From Raphidiopsis brookii D9 (GTDB lineage Bacteria; Cyanobacteriota; Cyanobacteriia; Cyanobacteriales; Nostocaceae): 32,000 nucleotides of DNA. The position numbers and the translations under genes were made by a program. Positions within the stretch are counted from its first letter, which is position 1. The number at the start of each line of letters is the position of its first letter. The stretch is taken from the NCBI GenBank assembly GCA_000175855.1, contig ACYB01000037.1, positions 30,001 through 62,000 on the forward strand. Reading direction: 5' to 3'. Of the stretch, positions 17,266 to 27,053 are shown piece after piece. The notes beneath the pieces are model-generated. The model ran no database searches. It worked only from the letters and a program-made list of their open reading frames with translations, and was not told where the DNA came from.

Positions 17266-18795
17266 ATGGGACTACCTTGGTACCGAGTACATACAGTGGT
17301 GCTGAACGATCCAGGCCGACTGATTTCCGTACACTTGATGCACACAGCCTTAGTTGCTGGCTGGGCTGGTTCAATGGCACTCTATGAACTAGCTGTTTAC
17401 GATCCTAGTGATCCTGTTCTTAACCCTATGTGGCGACAAGGGATGTTTGTATTACCCTTCATGGCACGTTTGGGTGTAACTGAATCCTGGGGCGGTTGGA
17501 GCGTAACAGGTGGTACAGCAGTAGATCCTGGCTTCTGGTCATTTGAAGGCGTAGCTGCTGCTCATATAGTTCTCTCTGGTCTATTATTCCTAGCTGCTGT
17601 TTGGCACTGGGTTTATTGGGATTTGGAACTCTTCAGAGATCCTCGCACTGGCGAATCTGCTTTAGATCTGCCAAAAATGTTTGGTATTCATTTGTTCTTA
17701 TCCGGTTTACTTTGTTTTGGCTTTGGTGCTTTCCATCTCACCGGTCTATTTGGTCCGGGAATGTGGGTTTCTGATGCTTATGGTTTAACTGGCAGTATTC
17801 AACCAGTAGCACCTGAATGGGGACCAGCAGGCTTTAACCCCTTTAACCCTGGCGGTGTTGTGGCTCACCACATTGCTGCAGGGGTAGTGGGTATTATTGC
17901 TGGACTATTCCACCTATCGGTTAGACCACCGGAAAGGCTCTACAAAGCTCTACGGATGGGTAATATCGAAACCGTACTTTCCAGCAGTATTGCAGCAGTG
18001 TTCTTTGCCGCTTTCGTAGTAGCAGGAACAATGTGGTATGGAAATGCAACTACACCAATTGAACTATTTGGACCTACCCGCTACCAGTGGGATCAAGGCT
18101 ACTTCCGACAAGAAATTCAACGTCGTGTTCAGTCCAGTGTAGCTGGTGGTGCGACCCTAGTAGAAGCATGGTCACAAATCCCTGAAAAGTTAGCTTTTTA
18201 CGACTATGTGGGTAATAGTCCCGCTAAAGGTGGATTATTCCGCACAGGTCCCATGGTTAAGGGTGATGGCATTGCCCAATCTTGGCAAGGTCATGCAGTG
18301 TTCACAGATTCGGAAGGAAGAGAACTGACCGTTCGTCGTCTACCTAACTTCTTTGAAACCTTCCCTGTGATTTTGACTGATAAGGATGGGGTTGTGCGTG
18401 CTGACATTCCTTTCCGTCGGGCAGAATCCAGATATAGCTTCGAGCAAACAGGTGTAACTGTTAGTTTCTACGGTGGTAATTTGAATGGTCAAACATTCAC
18501 AGACCCTGCTGATGTGAAGAAATATGCTCGGAAAGCTCAAGGTGGGGAAATTTTTGAATTCGACCGTGAAACTTTGGGATCTGATGGTGTGTTCCGCACC
18601 TCTCCTAGAGGTTGGTTTACCTTCGGTCACGCTGTATTTGCTCTCTTATTCTTCTTTGGTCACATCTGGCATGGTGCTAGAACTATCTACCGCGATGTAT
18701 TCGCAGGTGTGGAAGCAGACCTAGAAGAACAAGTAGAGTGGGGTCTGTTCCAAAAATTGGGTGACAAGACTACTCGTGTTCGCAAGGAAGCTTAA
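17266..18795 (+). CDS. psbB: photosystem II CP47 chlorophyll apoprotein
   Basis: Near-invariant CP47 sequence from [20 protein letters not shown] onward, 509 aa. RBS AAGGAGGGG lies 9 nt upstream. Confidence 0.98.
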   Translation: MGLPWYRVHTVVLNDPGRLISVHLMHTALVAGWAGSMALYELAVYDPSDPVLNPMWRQGMFVLPFMARLGVTESWGGWSVTGGTAVDPGFWSFEGVAAAHIVLSGLLFLAAVWHWVYWDLELFRDPRTGESALDLPKMFGIHLFLSGLLCFGFGAFHLTGLFGPGMWVSDAYGLTGSIQPVAPEWGPAGFNPFNPGGVVAHHIAAGVVGIIAGLFHLSVRPPERLYKALRMGNIETVLSSSIAAVFFAAFVVAGTMWYGNATTPIELFGPTRYQWDQGYFRQEIQRRVQSSVAGGATLVEAWSQIPEKLAFYDYVGNSPAKGGLFRTGPMVKGDGIAQSWQGHAVFTDSEGRELTVRRLPNFFETFPVILTDKDGVVRADIPFRRAESRYSFEQTGVTVSFYGGNLNGQTFTDPADVKKYARKAQGGEIFEFDRETLGSDGVFRTSPRGWFTFGHAVFALLFFFGHIWHGARTIYRDVFAGVEADLEEQVEWGLFQKLGDKTTRVRKEA

Positions 18796-18805
18796 TTAGG
18801 TGCAA

Positions 18806-18843
18806 GGTAAAAAGTATGGGTCATTGACTTCCTACTTTTTACC
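18806..18843 (+). other. 11-bp perfect stem-loop in the psbB-psbT spacer
   Basis: GGTAAAAAGTA (18806..18816) pairs with TACTTTTTACC (18833..18843), with a 16-nt loop. It starts 11 nt after the psbB stop. Confidence 0.5.
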
Positions 18844-18944
18844 ACCGTCTCTGTTTAATCTCAATTGGTGACGAAAAGACCAAACCTCCTGGTTTTCACC
18901 GTGTTTGATAGAATCAAAATAGTACCCTGATAGGAAATCCTAAC

Positions 18945-19052
18945 ATGGAAAGCGTTGCATACATTTTAATTTTGACTTTAGCAATAGGCGTTCTATTTTT
19001 CGCGATCGCCTTTCGTGAACCGCCTCGCTTTGAAAGAAAACCCAAAGAGTAA
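18945..19052 (+). CDS. psbT: photosystem II reaction centre protein T (35 aa), absent from the ORF track
   Basis: Encodes MESVAYILILTLAIGVLFFAIAFREPPRFERKPKE, matching the PsbT pattern (ME..Y......FFAI.FREPPR). In the canonical position downstream of psbB. Confidence 0.85.
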   Translation: MESVAYILILTLAIGVLFFAIAFREPPRFERKPKE

Positions 19053-19087
19053 TACTGAGGGTAGCAAACTGTAACTAAACTTCTTAA

Positions 19088-19120
19088 CTACCCAGATCTA
19101 GATTTGGGTAGTTTTGATTT
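19088..19120 (+). terminator. intrinsic terminator after psbT
   Basis: CTACCCA (19088..19094) pairs with TGGGTAG (19105..19111), with a 10-nt loop. Followed by TTTTGATTTTC. Confidence 0.7.
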
Positions 19121-19137
19121 TCATTTCCACCAATTTC

Positions 19138-20346
19138 ATGTCAATTAGCAATTTGGACCGAAAAAAAGTCATTGTTGCTGTGGGAGGTGGTATAGCAGCT
19201 TATAAGGTTTGCCAGCTAATTTCCACCTTGTTCCAATCACAAGTGGAACTAAGAGTTATCCTCACCAATTCAGCTCAAAAATTCATTACTCCCCTAACTG
19301 TTTCTACCCTTTCTCGCCATCAGGCTTATACTGATGATGACTTTTGGCAACCAATCTACTCCCGTCCCCTCCATATAGAATTGGGAGAGTGGGCCGATCT
19401 TATGGTTATCGCTCCTTTAACAGCCAATACTATAGCTAAATTAGCTTATGGCATAGCTGATAATTTATTGACAAATACGGTTTTGGCTTCTACCTGTCCC
19501 ATACTTTTAGCACCTGCTATGAATACCGATATGTGGGAACAGATCACAGTACAAAGGAATTGGCAACAAGTATTGACAAATCCTCGGTTTTATGCTATGG
19601 AAACAGCTCATGGACTATTAGCATGCGATCGCACGGGATCTGGGAGAATGGCGGAACCGGAGGAAATAGGGGTTTGGGTGAAATCTTTATTACATACTAA
19701 GGGGAAAAGAGATTTAAGGGGAAAACAAGTTTTGATTAGTGCGGGGGGAACTAGGGAATATTTAGATCCGGTGCGGTTTATTGGCAATCCAGCAACAGGT
19801 AAAATGGGATTAGCTCTTGCACAAGCAGCACTACACAGGGGAGCAGAGGTAACACTAGTCTATTGTCCTTCTAGTTGGGGTGTTCCCCTAGGGGTAAGGG
19901 GTATCCCGGTGATTAGTGCAGCACAAATGCAAGAAGCAATGTTAGAATATTTTCCCAGTGCCAATATAATTATTATGTCCGCAGCGGTTGCAGATGTGAA
20001 ACCAAGGGATTATAGCGCAGAAAAAATCCCTAAGTCCTCCTTACCTGAAAGTCTACCTTTGGCACCAGTACCGGATATAATAGCCCACCTGGGCAAAACC
20101 AAACAACCCCATCAATTACTAATTGGTTTTGCAGCACAAACTGGGGATATTGTCACCCCCGCACAAGAGAAATTACAAAGGAAGAATTTAGACGTTATTG
20201 TGGCCAACCCCATTGATAAATCTGACAGTGGTTTTGGCTGTGATAATAATCAAGCAGTGTTTTTAAAAACAAAAGGAGAGCGGTTAGATATTTCCTCCTG
20301 TTCCAAGTTGCAACTGGCCCATTATTTATTTGATTTTAGTACCTGA
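19138..20346 (+). CDS. coaBC: bifunctional phosphopantothenoylcysteine decarboxylase / phosphopantothenate-cysteine ligase
   Basis: N-terminal flavoprotein domain ([19 protein letters not shown]) and C-terminal CoaB domain ([25 protein letters not shown]). The first ATG is at 19138; the track start TTG 19114 lies inside the psbT terminator. Confidence 0.92.
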   Translation: MSISNLDRKKVIVAVGGGIAAYKVCQLISTLFQSQVELRVILTNSAQKFITPLTVSTLSRHQAYTDDDFWQPIYSRPLHIELGEWADLMVIAPLTANTIAKLAYGIADNLLTNTVLASTCPILLAPAMNTDMWEQITVQRNWQQVLTNPRFYAMETAHGLLACDRTGSGRMAEPEEIGVWVKSLLHTKGKRDLRGKQVLISAGGTREYLDPVRFIGNPATGKMGLALAQAALHRGAEVTLVYCPSSWGVPLGVRGIPVISAAQMQEAMLEYFPSANIIIMSAAVADVKPRDYSAEKIPKSSLPESLPLAPVPDIIAHLGKTKQPHQLLIGFAAQTGDIVTPAQEKLQRKNLDVIVANPIDKSDSGFGCDNNQAVFLKTKGERLDISSCSKLQLAHYLFDFST

Positions 20347-21240
20347 TTTATCTACGCTATCAACTGTTAAGACTGTATAACTACCAAATATTTTTAATAT
20401 TTCAACATTAATACTTATATTTTTTAGAGCACTAGTCATTAATGATGAGAGAACACTGGCCTCTATATCCAGAAAAAACAGGTATTCCCCCAAAGAGCGT
20501 TTGGTAGGACGAGACTCAATTCGGCTCAAATTAATTCCTAAATCCGCAAATACTTGTAATACTCTAACTAATGCACCGGGAATATTGGCCGGGACACTAA
20601 ATGCTAAGGATGTGTGGGTTGATGAACTTGAGAAACTTTCTCCCCCACTCTCTGGTGCTACCACCCAAAATCTCGTACAGTTGTCAGGATAGTCATTAAT
20701 TCTGTTACTCAATATGGGTAAATCATACATTTGAGCTGCTTTCTCCGAGGAAATAGCTGCTGTTGTTGGTGATTTACCCAGCTGTTCCAAAGCTTGGGTG
20801 GTGGAATTAGTCGCACTTAAATTTGCTTGGGGGAGAAATTTCCCTAACCACCCTTGGCATTGTGCTAATGCTTGAGGATGGGAATAAACTATTTCAATAT
20901 CTTCCAATTTGGTAGCACAGGAAATTAAACAATGGTTAATTGGCAACACTAAAGCTTGTTTAATCTGTAAATTTTCCAATTGCCATAAATTATCCATAGT
21001 CATGCTCACACTTCCCTCAATGGAATTTTCCACGGGAACCACTGCCAAATTGATTTCTTGAACTGTTACTGCTTGTATTGCTTTAGCAATAGTTGGATAT
21101 GGCCGTAGGATGACTTCTCCCTGAAATTCTTGATTTCCTTTAATCCAGTTTAAATAAAAACAAGCTGCTTGTTCTGAATAAGTGCCCGGTGGTCCTAAAT
21201 ACCCAATGTTTATTTCTTCACTTGATGTGATGATATCCAC
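20326..21240 (-). CDS. pheA: prephenate dehydratase
   Basis: PDT domain ([27 protein letters not shown]) plus C-terminal ACT domain (ESRPTK). GTG start at 21240, preceded by GGGAGGA. The 3' end overlaps coaBC by 21 nt. Confidence 0.9.
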   Translation of the reverse strand: MDIITSSEEINIGYLGPPGTYSEQAACFYLNWIKGNQEFQGEVILRPYPTIAKAIQAVTVQEINLAVVPVENSIEGSVSMTMDNLWQLENLQIKQALVLPINHCLISCATKLEDIEIVYSHPQALAQCQGWLGKFLPQANLSATNSTTQALEQLGKSPTTAAISSEKAAQMYDLPILSNRINDYPDNCTRFWVVAPESGGESFSSSSTHTSLAFSVPANIPGALVRVLQVFADLGINLSRIESRPTKRSLGEYLFFLDIEASVLSSLMTSALKNISINVEILKIFGSYTVLTVDSVDKSGTKIK

Positions 21241-21301
21241 CCTATCCTCCCTTACCCAAAAATATTACAATTGTGAATATTTGTAAATATCGCCTTAATC
21301 T

Positions 21302-21892
21302 ATGGCTACTAAGTTCACTGCTTCCCAATCGGTTACAATTGCTGTTCCTAAACAGTCCGTCCCCATTCAGCACTACTTACGTCAGCCCCATCGCTTAGTC
21401 AATGCCATGGTTGATAACAGTAGAGTTCAGCATATTTCTGAAGAAGTATTTCGTCTTAAGATGCGTCCTTTAACTTTTATGTCATTAAGTATCCAACCTA
21501 TAGTAGATATGAGAGTTTGGGCAGATACCCACGGAACTATCTATTTACGTTCAGAAGGATGTGAAATCCGGGGTTTTGAATATGTTAACCAAAGGTTTGC
21601 TCTGAATTTAAAGGGGTATCTCTCCCCTCACCATGATGCTGATCATACCCGATTAGAAGGTAAAGCGGATCTAGAAGTTTTGGTGGATATTCCTTACCCC
21701 TTTTCCCTCACTCCCAAGGCAATTTTGGAAACCTCTGGTAATGGTCTGCTCAAGAGTGTTTTACTCACAATTAAACAACGAATATCCCACCATCTTCTTG
21801 CTGATTACCGTCACTGGGTAAGTTCACAAATGGAAATCAATCAAATAGTTAATATTGACACCGATATGTCTATCCTGAAAGTTGACTGTTAA
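21302..21892 (+). CDS. DUF1997 family protein
   Basis: Typical DUF1997 N-terminal pattern (F.ASQSV.I.VP....I..YLRQP.RLV.A). Function unknown. Confidence 0.75.
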   Translation: MATKFTASQSVTIAVPKQSVPIQHYLRQPHRLVNAMVDNSRVQHISEEVFRLKMRPLTFMSLSIQPIVDMRVWADTHGTIYLRSEGCEIRGFEYVNQRFALNLKGYLSPHHDADHTRLEGKADLEVLVDIPYPFSLTPKAILETSGNGLLKSVLLTIKQRISHHLLADYRHWVSSQMEINQIVNIDTDMSILKVDC

Positions 21893-21900
21893 AGTTGCAG

Positions 21901-22404
21901 CTATTGTTCCATCTGCTTTACCAGATGAGCAACTTCAGGTAATATCAGCGCCTCCATCCCTAAACGCACTGCATTAGTAGATCCGGGTAGGGAAAAAATT
22001 AGTTTGTTTTTGTATGTACCAGCTACAGCACGAGAGGCGATCGCCCGGGAACCAATTTCTTGATAACTTAACCAGCGAAATAATTCACCAAACCCCGGTA
22101 AGGTCTTTTCTAACAAACTGGCGATCGCATCGTAGGTGGTATCCCTAGGAGCAACACCTGTACCGCCATTGCAAATCACAACATTAATCTCCATTTTATT
22201 ACTGAGGTAATTGAGATGGGATTGAATTATTGCAGGATCATCGGGGATGATCACATAATCAGCAACAACATGGTTAGCAGTCAATAATAATTGTTGAATT
22301 AGTTGACCACTATGATCTGTTTGAATGTTACGGGTATCACTAACAGTAATCACTGCGCAGTTGGCAGTAATTGCTGTCATGTCATGGTCCGGTTGTATTT
22401 CCAT
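21901..22404 (-). CDS. moaB: molybdenum cofactor biosynthesis protein B (MoaB/MogA family)
   Basis: MoCF_biosynth domain pattern (ITVSDTR, GGTGVAPRDTT, PGFGELFR, LPGS). 19 nt downstream of psb28 on the same strand. Confidence 0.85.
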   Translation of the reverse strand: MEIQPDHDMTAITANCAVITVSDTRNIQTDHSGQLIQQLLLTANHVVADYVIIPDDPAIIQSHLNYLSNKMEINVVICNGGTGVAPRDTTYDAIASLLEKTLPGFGELFRWLSYQEIGSRAIASRAVAGTYKNKLIFSLPGSTNAVRLGMEALILPEVAHLVKQMEQ

Positions 22405-22423
22405 GATTCCAGGTATGAAGTAG

Positions 22424-22762
22424 CTACTCAGATTTACTCAAACCCAAACCATTTTCTTCAGCGTAGCGATTCATAAAGCGCATAAAGCGATCCCATTCTT
22501 GAGAGGTTTTGATTAAATACACTGCTTCCACAGCTTCTGGTTTACCATTAACAAATTTTCCTCTTACCTCGCGGGTAACAATTTCGCCCTCCTCGTCAAT
22601 CATATACATTCCAGTGATTCCGTCAGTATTGCCTTCTTTGACAATATCGGGGTTGACAAAGGTAAAAGTTGCTGTACCTTGGTCACCACTGCGGGATCTA
22701 GTCAACCTCACATCTGGAACTACTTTCTCATCAGTACCTTTAGAAAACTGGATGCTTGCCAT
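22424..22762 (-). CDS. psb28: photosystem II reaction centre protein Psb28
   Basis: MASIQFSKG...[16 protein letters not shown]...[13 protein letters not shown] matches Psb28. ATG at 22762; the track ORF begins two codons earlier at TTG. Confidence 0.92.
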   Translation of the reverse strand: MASIQFSKGTDEKVVPDVRLTRSRSGDQGTATFTFVNPDIVKEGNTDGITGMYMIDEEGEIVTREVRGKFVNGKPEAVEAVYLIKTSQEWDRFMRFMNRYAEENGLGLSKSE

Positions 22763-22824
22763 AATCAATGATTTTAAGTTAAGTTTTGTGACCTATTTTA
22801 ATATTTTCCCATCATGGGGACATT

Positions 22825-23904
22825 TTATCCACAACCCCCCTTAAACCCTTTGCCCTTATTGACGGAAGGAAGGCAAAGACAGTGTTCTATTTGTTGTAGT
22901 AACTCCCGCTCATCCAAGTTTTGACCTATTAAAACCAACTGATTTTTCTTTTCCCCATGCCATTGATCATCATCAATGGTGAAGCGCTTACCACAGAGGT
23001 GAAAAATATGACGGTTGGGACTCTCGTCAAACCACATAATACCCTTAGCGCGAAACACATTGGTTGGTAATTGATTATCCAAGAAATATTGAAATTTCCG
23101 AATGGCAAAAGGTTTATCACTCTGGAAAGAAATGGAAACAAACCCATCATTTTCTAGGTGGTGAGAATGGTAGTGATGGTCATGATGGTCATGGTCACAA
23201 CTAGAATGGTCATGATGCTCATGTTTATCAGTTGACGCATCAAAATATTTATCAGACTCGAATAACCCAACACTGAGAATTAGGGCCAGGGGAACCTGGG
23301 AATTTTTAGTTCTAATAATTCTGGCACCTTCTTTAACGTCATGAATCTTTTTTTCTAAGATTGTTAGAGTTGCTTCATCAACCAAATCTACTTTATTGAG
23401 CAAAATTACATCGCCATAGACGATTTGACTGTGGGCAGCTTGAGAATTAAATAGATCCAAGCTATAGTTTGCAGCGTCAACTACAGTTATAATAGAGTCT
23501 AGTCTAGTTAGGTCTCTTAGTTCCGAGCCGAAAAAAGTCATAGCCACAGGCAAAGGATCTGCTAAACCGGTAGTTTCTACCACCAAATAATCTATTTTTT
23601 CTTCTCGTTCCAAGACCTGGTAAACAGCATCAACTAGGTCATTGTTAATAGTGCAACAAATACAGCCATTGCTCAATTCTACCATGTTATCGTCAGTACT
23701 AACGATCAACTCATTATCAATGCCAATCTCACCAAATTCGTTCACGAGAACAGCAGTTTTTACACCTTGTTGATTAGTCAGAATATGATTAAGTAGGGTA
23801 GTCTTACCACTTCCCAGAAATCCGGTAATAATCGTCACTGGTAAACCCTGTTTAGAAACAGGCATTTTGGGAGATTCCATAGCAACTGCTGAAGTCATAA
23901 TCAT
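22825..23904 (-). CDS. COG0523 (CobW/YeiR/ZigA-like) GTPase metallochaperone with a His-rich insert
   Basis: P-loop GFLGSGKTT, metal-binding GCICCT motif, and the His/Asp/Cys-rich run KHEHHDHSSCDHDHHDHHYHSHH. Candidate ATG starts at 23904 and 23898. Confidence 0.88.
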   Translation of the reverse strand: MIMTSAVAMESPKMPVSKQGLPVTIITGFLGSGKTTLLNHILTNQQGVKTAVLVNEFGEIGIDNELIVSTDDNMVELSNGCICCTINNDLVDAVYQVLEREEKIDYLVVETTGLADPLPVAMTFFGSELRDLTRLDSIITVVDAANYSLDLFNSQAAHSQIVYGDVILLNKVDLVDEATLTILEKKIHDVKEGARIIRTKNSQVPLALILSVGLFESDKYFDASTDKHEHHDHSSCDHDHHDHHYHSHHLENDGFVSISFQSDKPFAIRKFQYFLDNQLPTNVFRAKGIMWFDESPNRHIFHLCGKRFTIDDDQWHGEKKNQLVLIGQNLDERELLQQIEHCLCLPSVNKGKGFKGGCG

Positions 23905-23945
23905 CAATTTGAGAATGAGGGGTTAGGTAGATTCGTACTTATAGG

Positions 23946-23977
23946 CAATTATAGCTCAATTATAGCCAGTTATATGC
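23946..23977. repeat. three tandem copies of CAATTATAGC (third degenerate), with an inverted copy at 24078..24087
   Basis: CAATTATAGC at 23946..23955 and 23957..23966, and CAGTTATATGC at 23967..23977. The reverse complement GCTATAATTG is at 24078..24087. ATAATTGCC also occurs at 24040..24048. Each copy contains a TATAAT hexamer on the strand of the adjacent gene. Confidence 0.6.
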
Positions 23978-24117
23978 AGCTTACCCACAAACTATTTTAG
24001 AAACTAAAAACAGTTGTGGCAAATTGACAGGAATCAATAATAATTGCCATTTACTCAACCAACTTAACCCCTAGTGGGCTATAATTGCCAATCGTAAGAT
24101 TGTCCCAATTCTCGATT

Positions 24118-25584
24118 ATGACCCTATCTATTTACAATACTCTCACCCGTTGTCAAGAGGAATTTCAACCCGTCGAGCCTGGTCAGGTTAGGATGTATTA
24201 TTGCGGTGTGACAGTATATGACTATTGTCACTTGGGTCATGCTAGAGCTTGTATAGTATGGGATGTAGTAAGGCGTTACTTAGAATTTATTGGTTATAGG
24301 GTACGTTATATCCAAAACTTTACAGATATTGACGACAAAATTCTCAACCGTGCTAGAAAAGAAAACTCCACCATGGAAACAGTAGCAGAGCGCTATATTC
24401 AAGCCTATTTTGAGGATATGGGGCGCTTAGGGGTAAGAGAAGCAGATGAATATCCCCGAGCGACACACACCATGAATGGCATCAAAAAGTTGATTCAAGA
24501 CTTAGAAGTAAGAGGTTATGCCTATGCTGCTGATGGAGACGTTTATTATGCTGTGAGAAATTTTAATGAGTATGGTAAACTTTCAGGAAGGAAATTAGCA
24601 GATTTACAAGCGGGTGCGAGTGAGAGAGTTAATATAGAAGATCCAGAATATCAAAAAAAGAAAGATCCCTTTGATTTTGCCCTATGGAAAGCGGCAAAAC
24701 CCTGTGAACCAGCATGGGAGTCGCCCTGGGGTAAAGGTCGACCAGGATGGCACATAGAATGTTCAGCAATGGTGAGAGATAGGTTAGGAGATACGATAGA
24801 TATTCATGCAGGTGGAGCGGATTTAATATTTCCCCATCATGAAAACGAAATTGCCCAATCAGAAGCAGTCACAGGGAAACCACTGGCAAATTATTGGTTA
24901 CATAATGGTATGGTAAAAGTAGATGGGGAGAAAATGTCTAAGTCCCTAGGGAATTTTACCACCATTAGGGATTTATTAGATCGGGGGGTTGACCCCATGG
25001 CATTAAGATTATTTGTCCTCATGGCCCAATATCGCAAACCTCTAGATTTTACCGAGGAGGCAATTTTAGCAGCAACTAATGGTTGGCATACCCTGAAAGA
25101 AGGTTTATTATTTGGTTATCATCATGGTGGAAAATTAGATTGGGATTTGCAATCAACCAACGAGATCACTGATATAGACCAAGTAGAGATTGAGAAGTTC
25201 ACCACAGCAGTGGATGATGATTTTAACTTTCCTGGTGGGTTAGTAGTTATTTTTGAAATAGCCAAAGAACTGAGGAAAGAAGGGAATATTATTGTTCATG
25301 AAGGAAAAACACAAACCCCGTCCGCAGAATTATTGACAAAATGGCAAACACTGGTGACTTTGACCAGGGTTTTAGGTTTAATAGCTAAACCAGAGGATCA
25401 GAAAACCATAGATGAAAGTTTAAGTGATAAAGTAATTGAGAATCTAGTACAGAAAAGACAGGAAGCGAGAAAAGCCAAAGACTTTGCTGAATCTGACCGC
25501 ATCAGGGAGGAACTAAAAGCAAAGGGTATCACCTTAATAGACAGCAAAGAGGGGACTCGTTGGCAAAGGGAACAGGCTTTTTAA
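24118..25584 (+). CDS. cysS: cysteine--tRNA ligase
   Basis: HIGH-type motif (CHLGHAR) and KMSKS. Full-length CysS similarity. ATG 24118 (MTLSIYNTLT) is preferred over the 11-codon upstream extension. Confidence 0.95.
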   Translation: MTLSIYNTLTRCQEEFQPVEPGQVRMYYCGVTVYDYCHLGHARACIVWDVVRRYLEFIGYRVRYIQNFTDIDDKILNRARKENSTMETVAERYIQAYFEDMGRLGVREADEYPRATHTMNGIKKLIQDLEVRGYAYAADGDVYYAVRNFNEYGKLSGRKLADLQAGASERVNIEDPEYQKKKDPFDFALWKAAKPCEPAWESPWGKGRPGWHIECSAMVRDRLGDTIDIHAGGADLIFPHHENEIAQSEAVTGKPLANYWLHNGMVKVDGEKMSKSLGNFTTIRDLLDRGVDPMALRLFVLMAQYRKPLDFTEEAILAATNGWHTLKEGLLFGYHHGGKLDWDLQSTNEITDIDQVEIEKFTTAVDDDFNFPGGLVVIFEIAKELRKEGNIIVHEGKTQTPSAELLTKWQTLVTLTRVLGLIAKPEDQKTIDESLSDKVIENLVQKRQEARKAKDFAESDRIREELKAKGITLIDSKEGTRWQREQAF

Positions 25585-25615
25585 CGCATTAATCAACTAA
25601 ACCGATATTAGTAAC

Positions 25616-27052
25616 ATGTGGAAAGAATTAACACAAGCTATTGATCAGTTTGACACCACCGTTGATTGGATAGGAATTCGCGCTGTTAACGAAGTTGCTA
25701 GAGACTACTATGTGAGAGATAGTCTACCCAGAAGCAACGGTAAATCCTTAACAAGGGGAGCAATGATAGAAGTGATGGTTAATGGTAGCATTGGTTATGC
25801 AGCTACTAATTGCCTAACCTCATTATCACTCAAGTACGCGGCTCAAATAGCTTATCAACAGGCAATTGCAGCCAGTAAATTTCGGATATATCCAGTGGAA
25901 AAAAACACCCGTCCAGCAATGGTGGGTGAATATAATACATCACTGGATCAACCGTTAAATTTTCTGAGTCCATGGGAAATAAATGATTTACTAATCCGTA
26001 TTTGTCATGGACTAAAAATTAGTGATCAAATAGCCCAAACCAGTGCCCACATTAACACAAGTGAAAAAGAGACTTGGTTTATTAGTAGCAATGGCTCGGA
26101 AATTTATCAAAAAATCACTTCTGTAGGCAATCATTTTGGGGTAATAGCCCAAGATGGTGGGGTGGTGCAACAACGAAGTAATCATGGAATGCACGCCAAT
26201 TGTTATCAAGGTGGATGGGAAATATTAAAACAAGATAAATTATGGGACAAGGTTCAACAAGTTGCTGAACAATCCATAGAATTATTAAATGCTCCAGAAT
26301 GTCCGAACCTAGAGACAAATTTAGTCCTAGCACCAGATCAAATGATGCTCCAAATTCATGAAAGCGTAGGACATCCTTTAGAAATAGACCGGATTTTAGG
26401 TGACGAACGGAACTACGCTGGTGGTAGTTTTGTTAAACCAGAGGATTTTGGCAAATTGCAGTATGGTTCATCTTTAATGAATGTTACCTTTGATCCCACT
26501 GTTGAAGGAGAATGTGCCAGTTATCAATTTGATGATACCGGTGCAAAAGCCGCAAAACAATACCTAATTGAAAATGGTATTTTGCAAAGGGGTTTGGGTA
26601 GTTTAGAAAGTCAAGCTCGTTCTGGTTTACCAGGAGTAGCTTGCGCTCGCGCTTGTTCTTGGAATCGTCCACCAATTGATAGAATGGCTAACCTTAATTT
26701 AGAGCCAGGAGATACCAGTTTTACCCAAATGATTGAGGGTATAGAACATGGTGTTTACATGGAGTCTAATAGATCTTGGTCAATCGATGATCTTCGCCAT
26801 AAGTTCCAATTTGGGTGTGAATATGCCAAACTAATTGAAAATGGTCAACTGACAAAAACTTTAAGAAATCCCAATTACAGAGCAACAACACCACAATTTT
26901 GGCATAGTTTGGTACAGGTAGGTAATTTTGAGAATTGGCAAATGTATGGCACACCATTTTGTGGAAAAGGAGAGCCAAATCAGGCTATATGGGTAGGTCA
27001 TGGTTCACCCCCTTGTGTTTTTAAAAATATAGAAGTTTTTGGTGGAGGTTAA
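25616..27052 (+). CDS. tldD: TldD-family metalloprotease
   Basis: TldD/PmbA fold similarity, with an intact HExxxH-type site (HESVGHPLE). Confidence 0.85.
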   Translation: MWKELTQAIDQFDTTVDWIGIRAVNEVARDYYVRDSLPRSNGKSLTRGAMIEVMVNGSIGYAATNCLTSLSLKYAAQIAYQQAIAASKFRIYPVEKNTRPAMVGEYNTSLDQPLNFLSPWEINDLLIRICHGLKISDQIAQTSAHINTSEKETWFISSNGSEIYQKITSVGNHFGVIAQDGGVVQQRSNHGMHANCYQGGWEILKQDKLWDKVQQVAEQSIELLNAPECPNLETNLVLAPDQMMLQIHESVGHPLEIDRILGDERNYAGGSFVKPEDFGKLQYGSSLMNVTFDPTVEGECASYQFDDTGAKAAKQYLIENGILQRGLGSLESQARSGLPGVACARACSWNRPPIDRMANLNLEPGDTSFTQMIEGIEHGVYMESNRSWSIDDLRHKFQFGCEYAKLIENGQLTKTLRNPNYRATTPQFWHSLVQVGNFENWQMYGTPFCGKGEPNQAIWVGHGSPPCVFKNIEVFGGG

Positions 27053-27053
27053 A

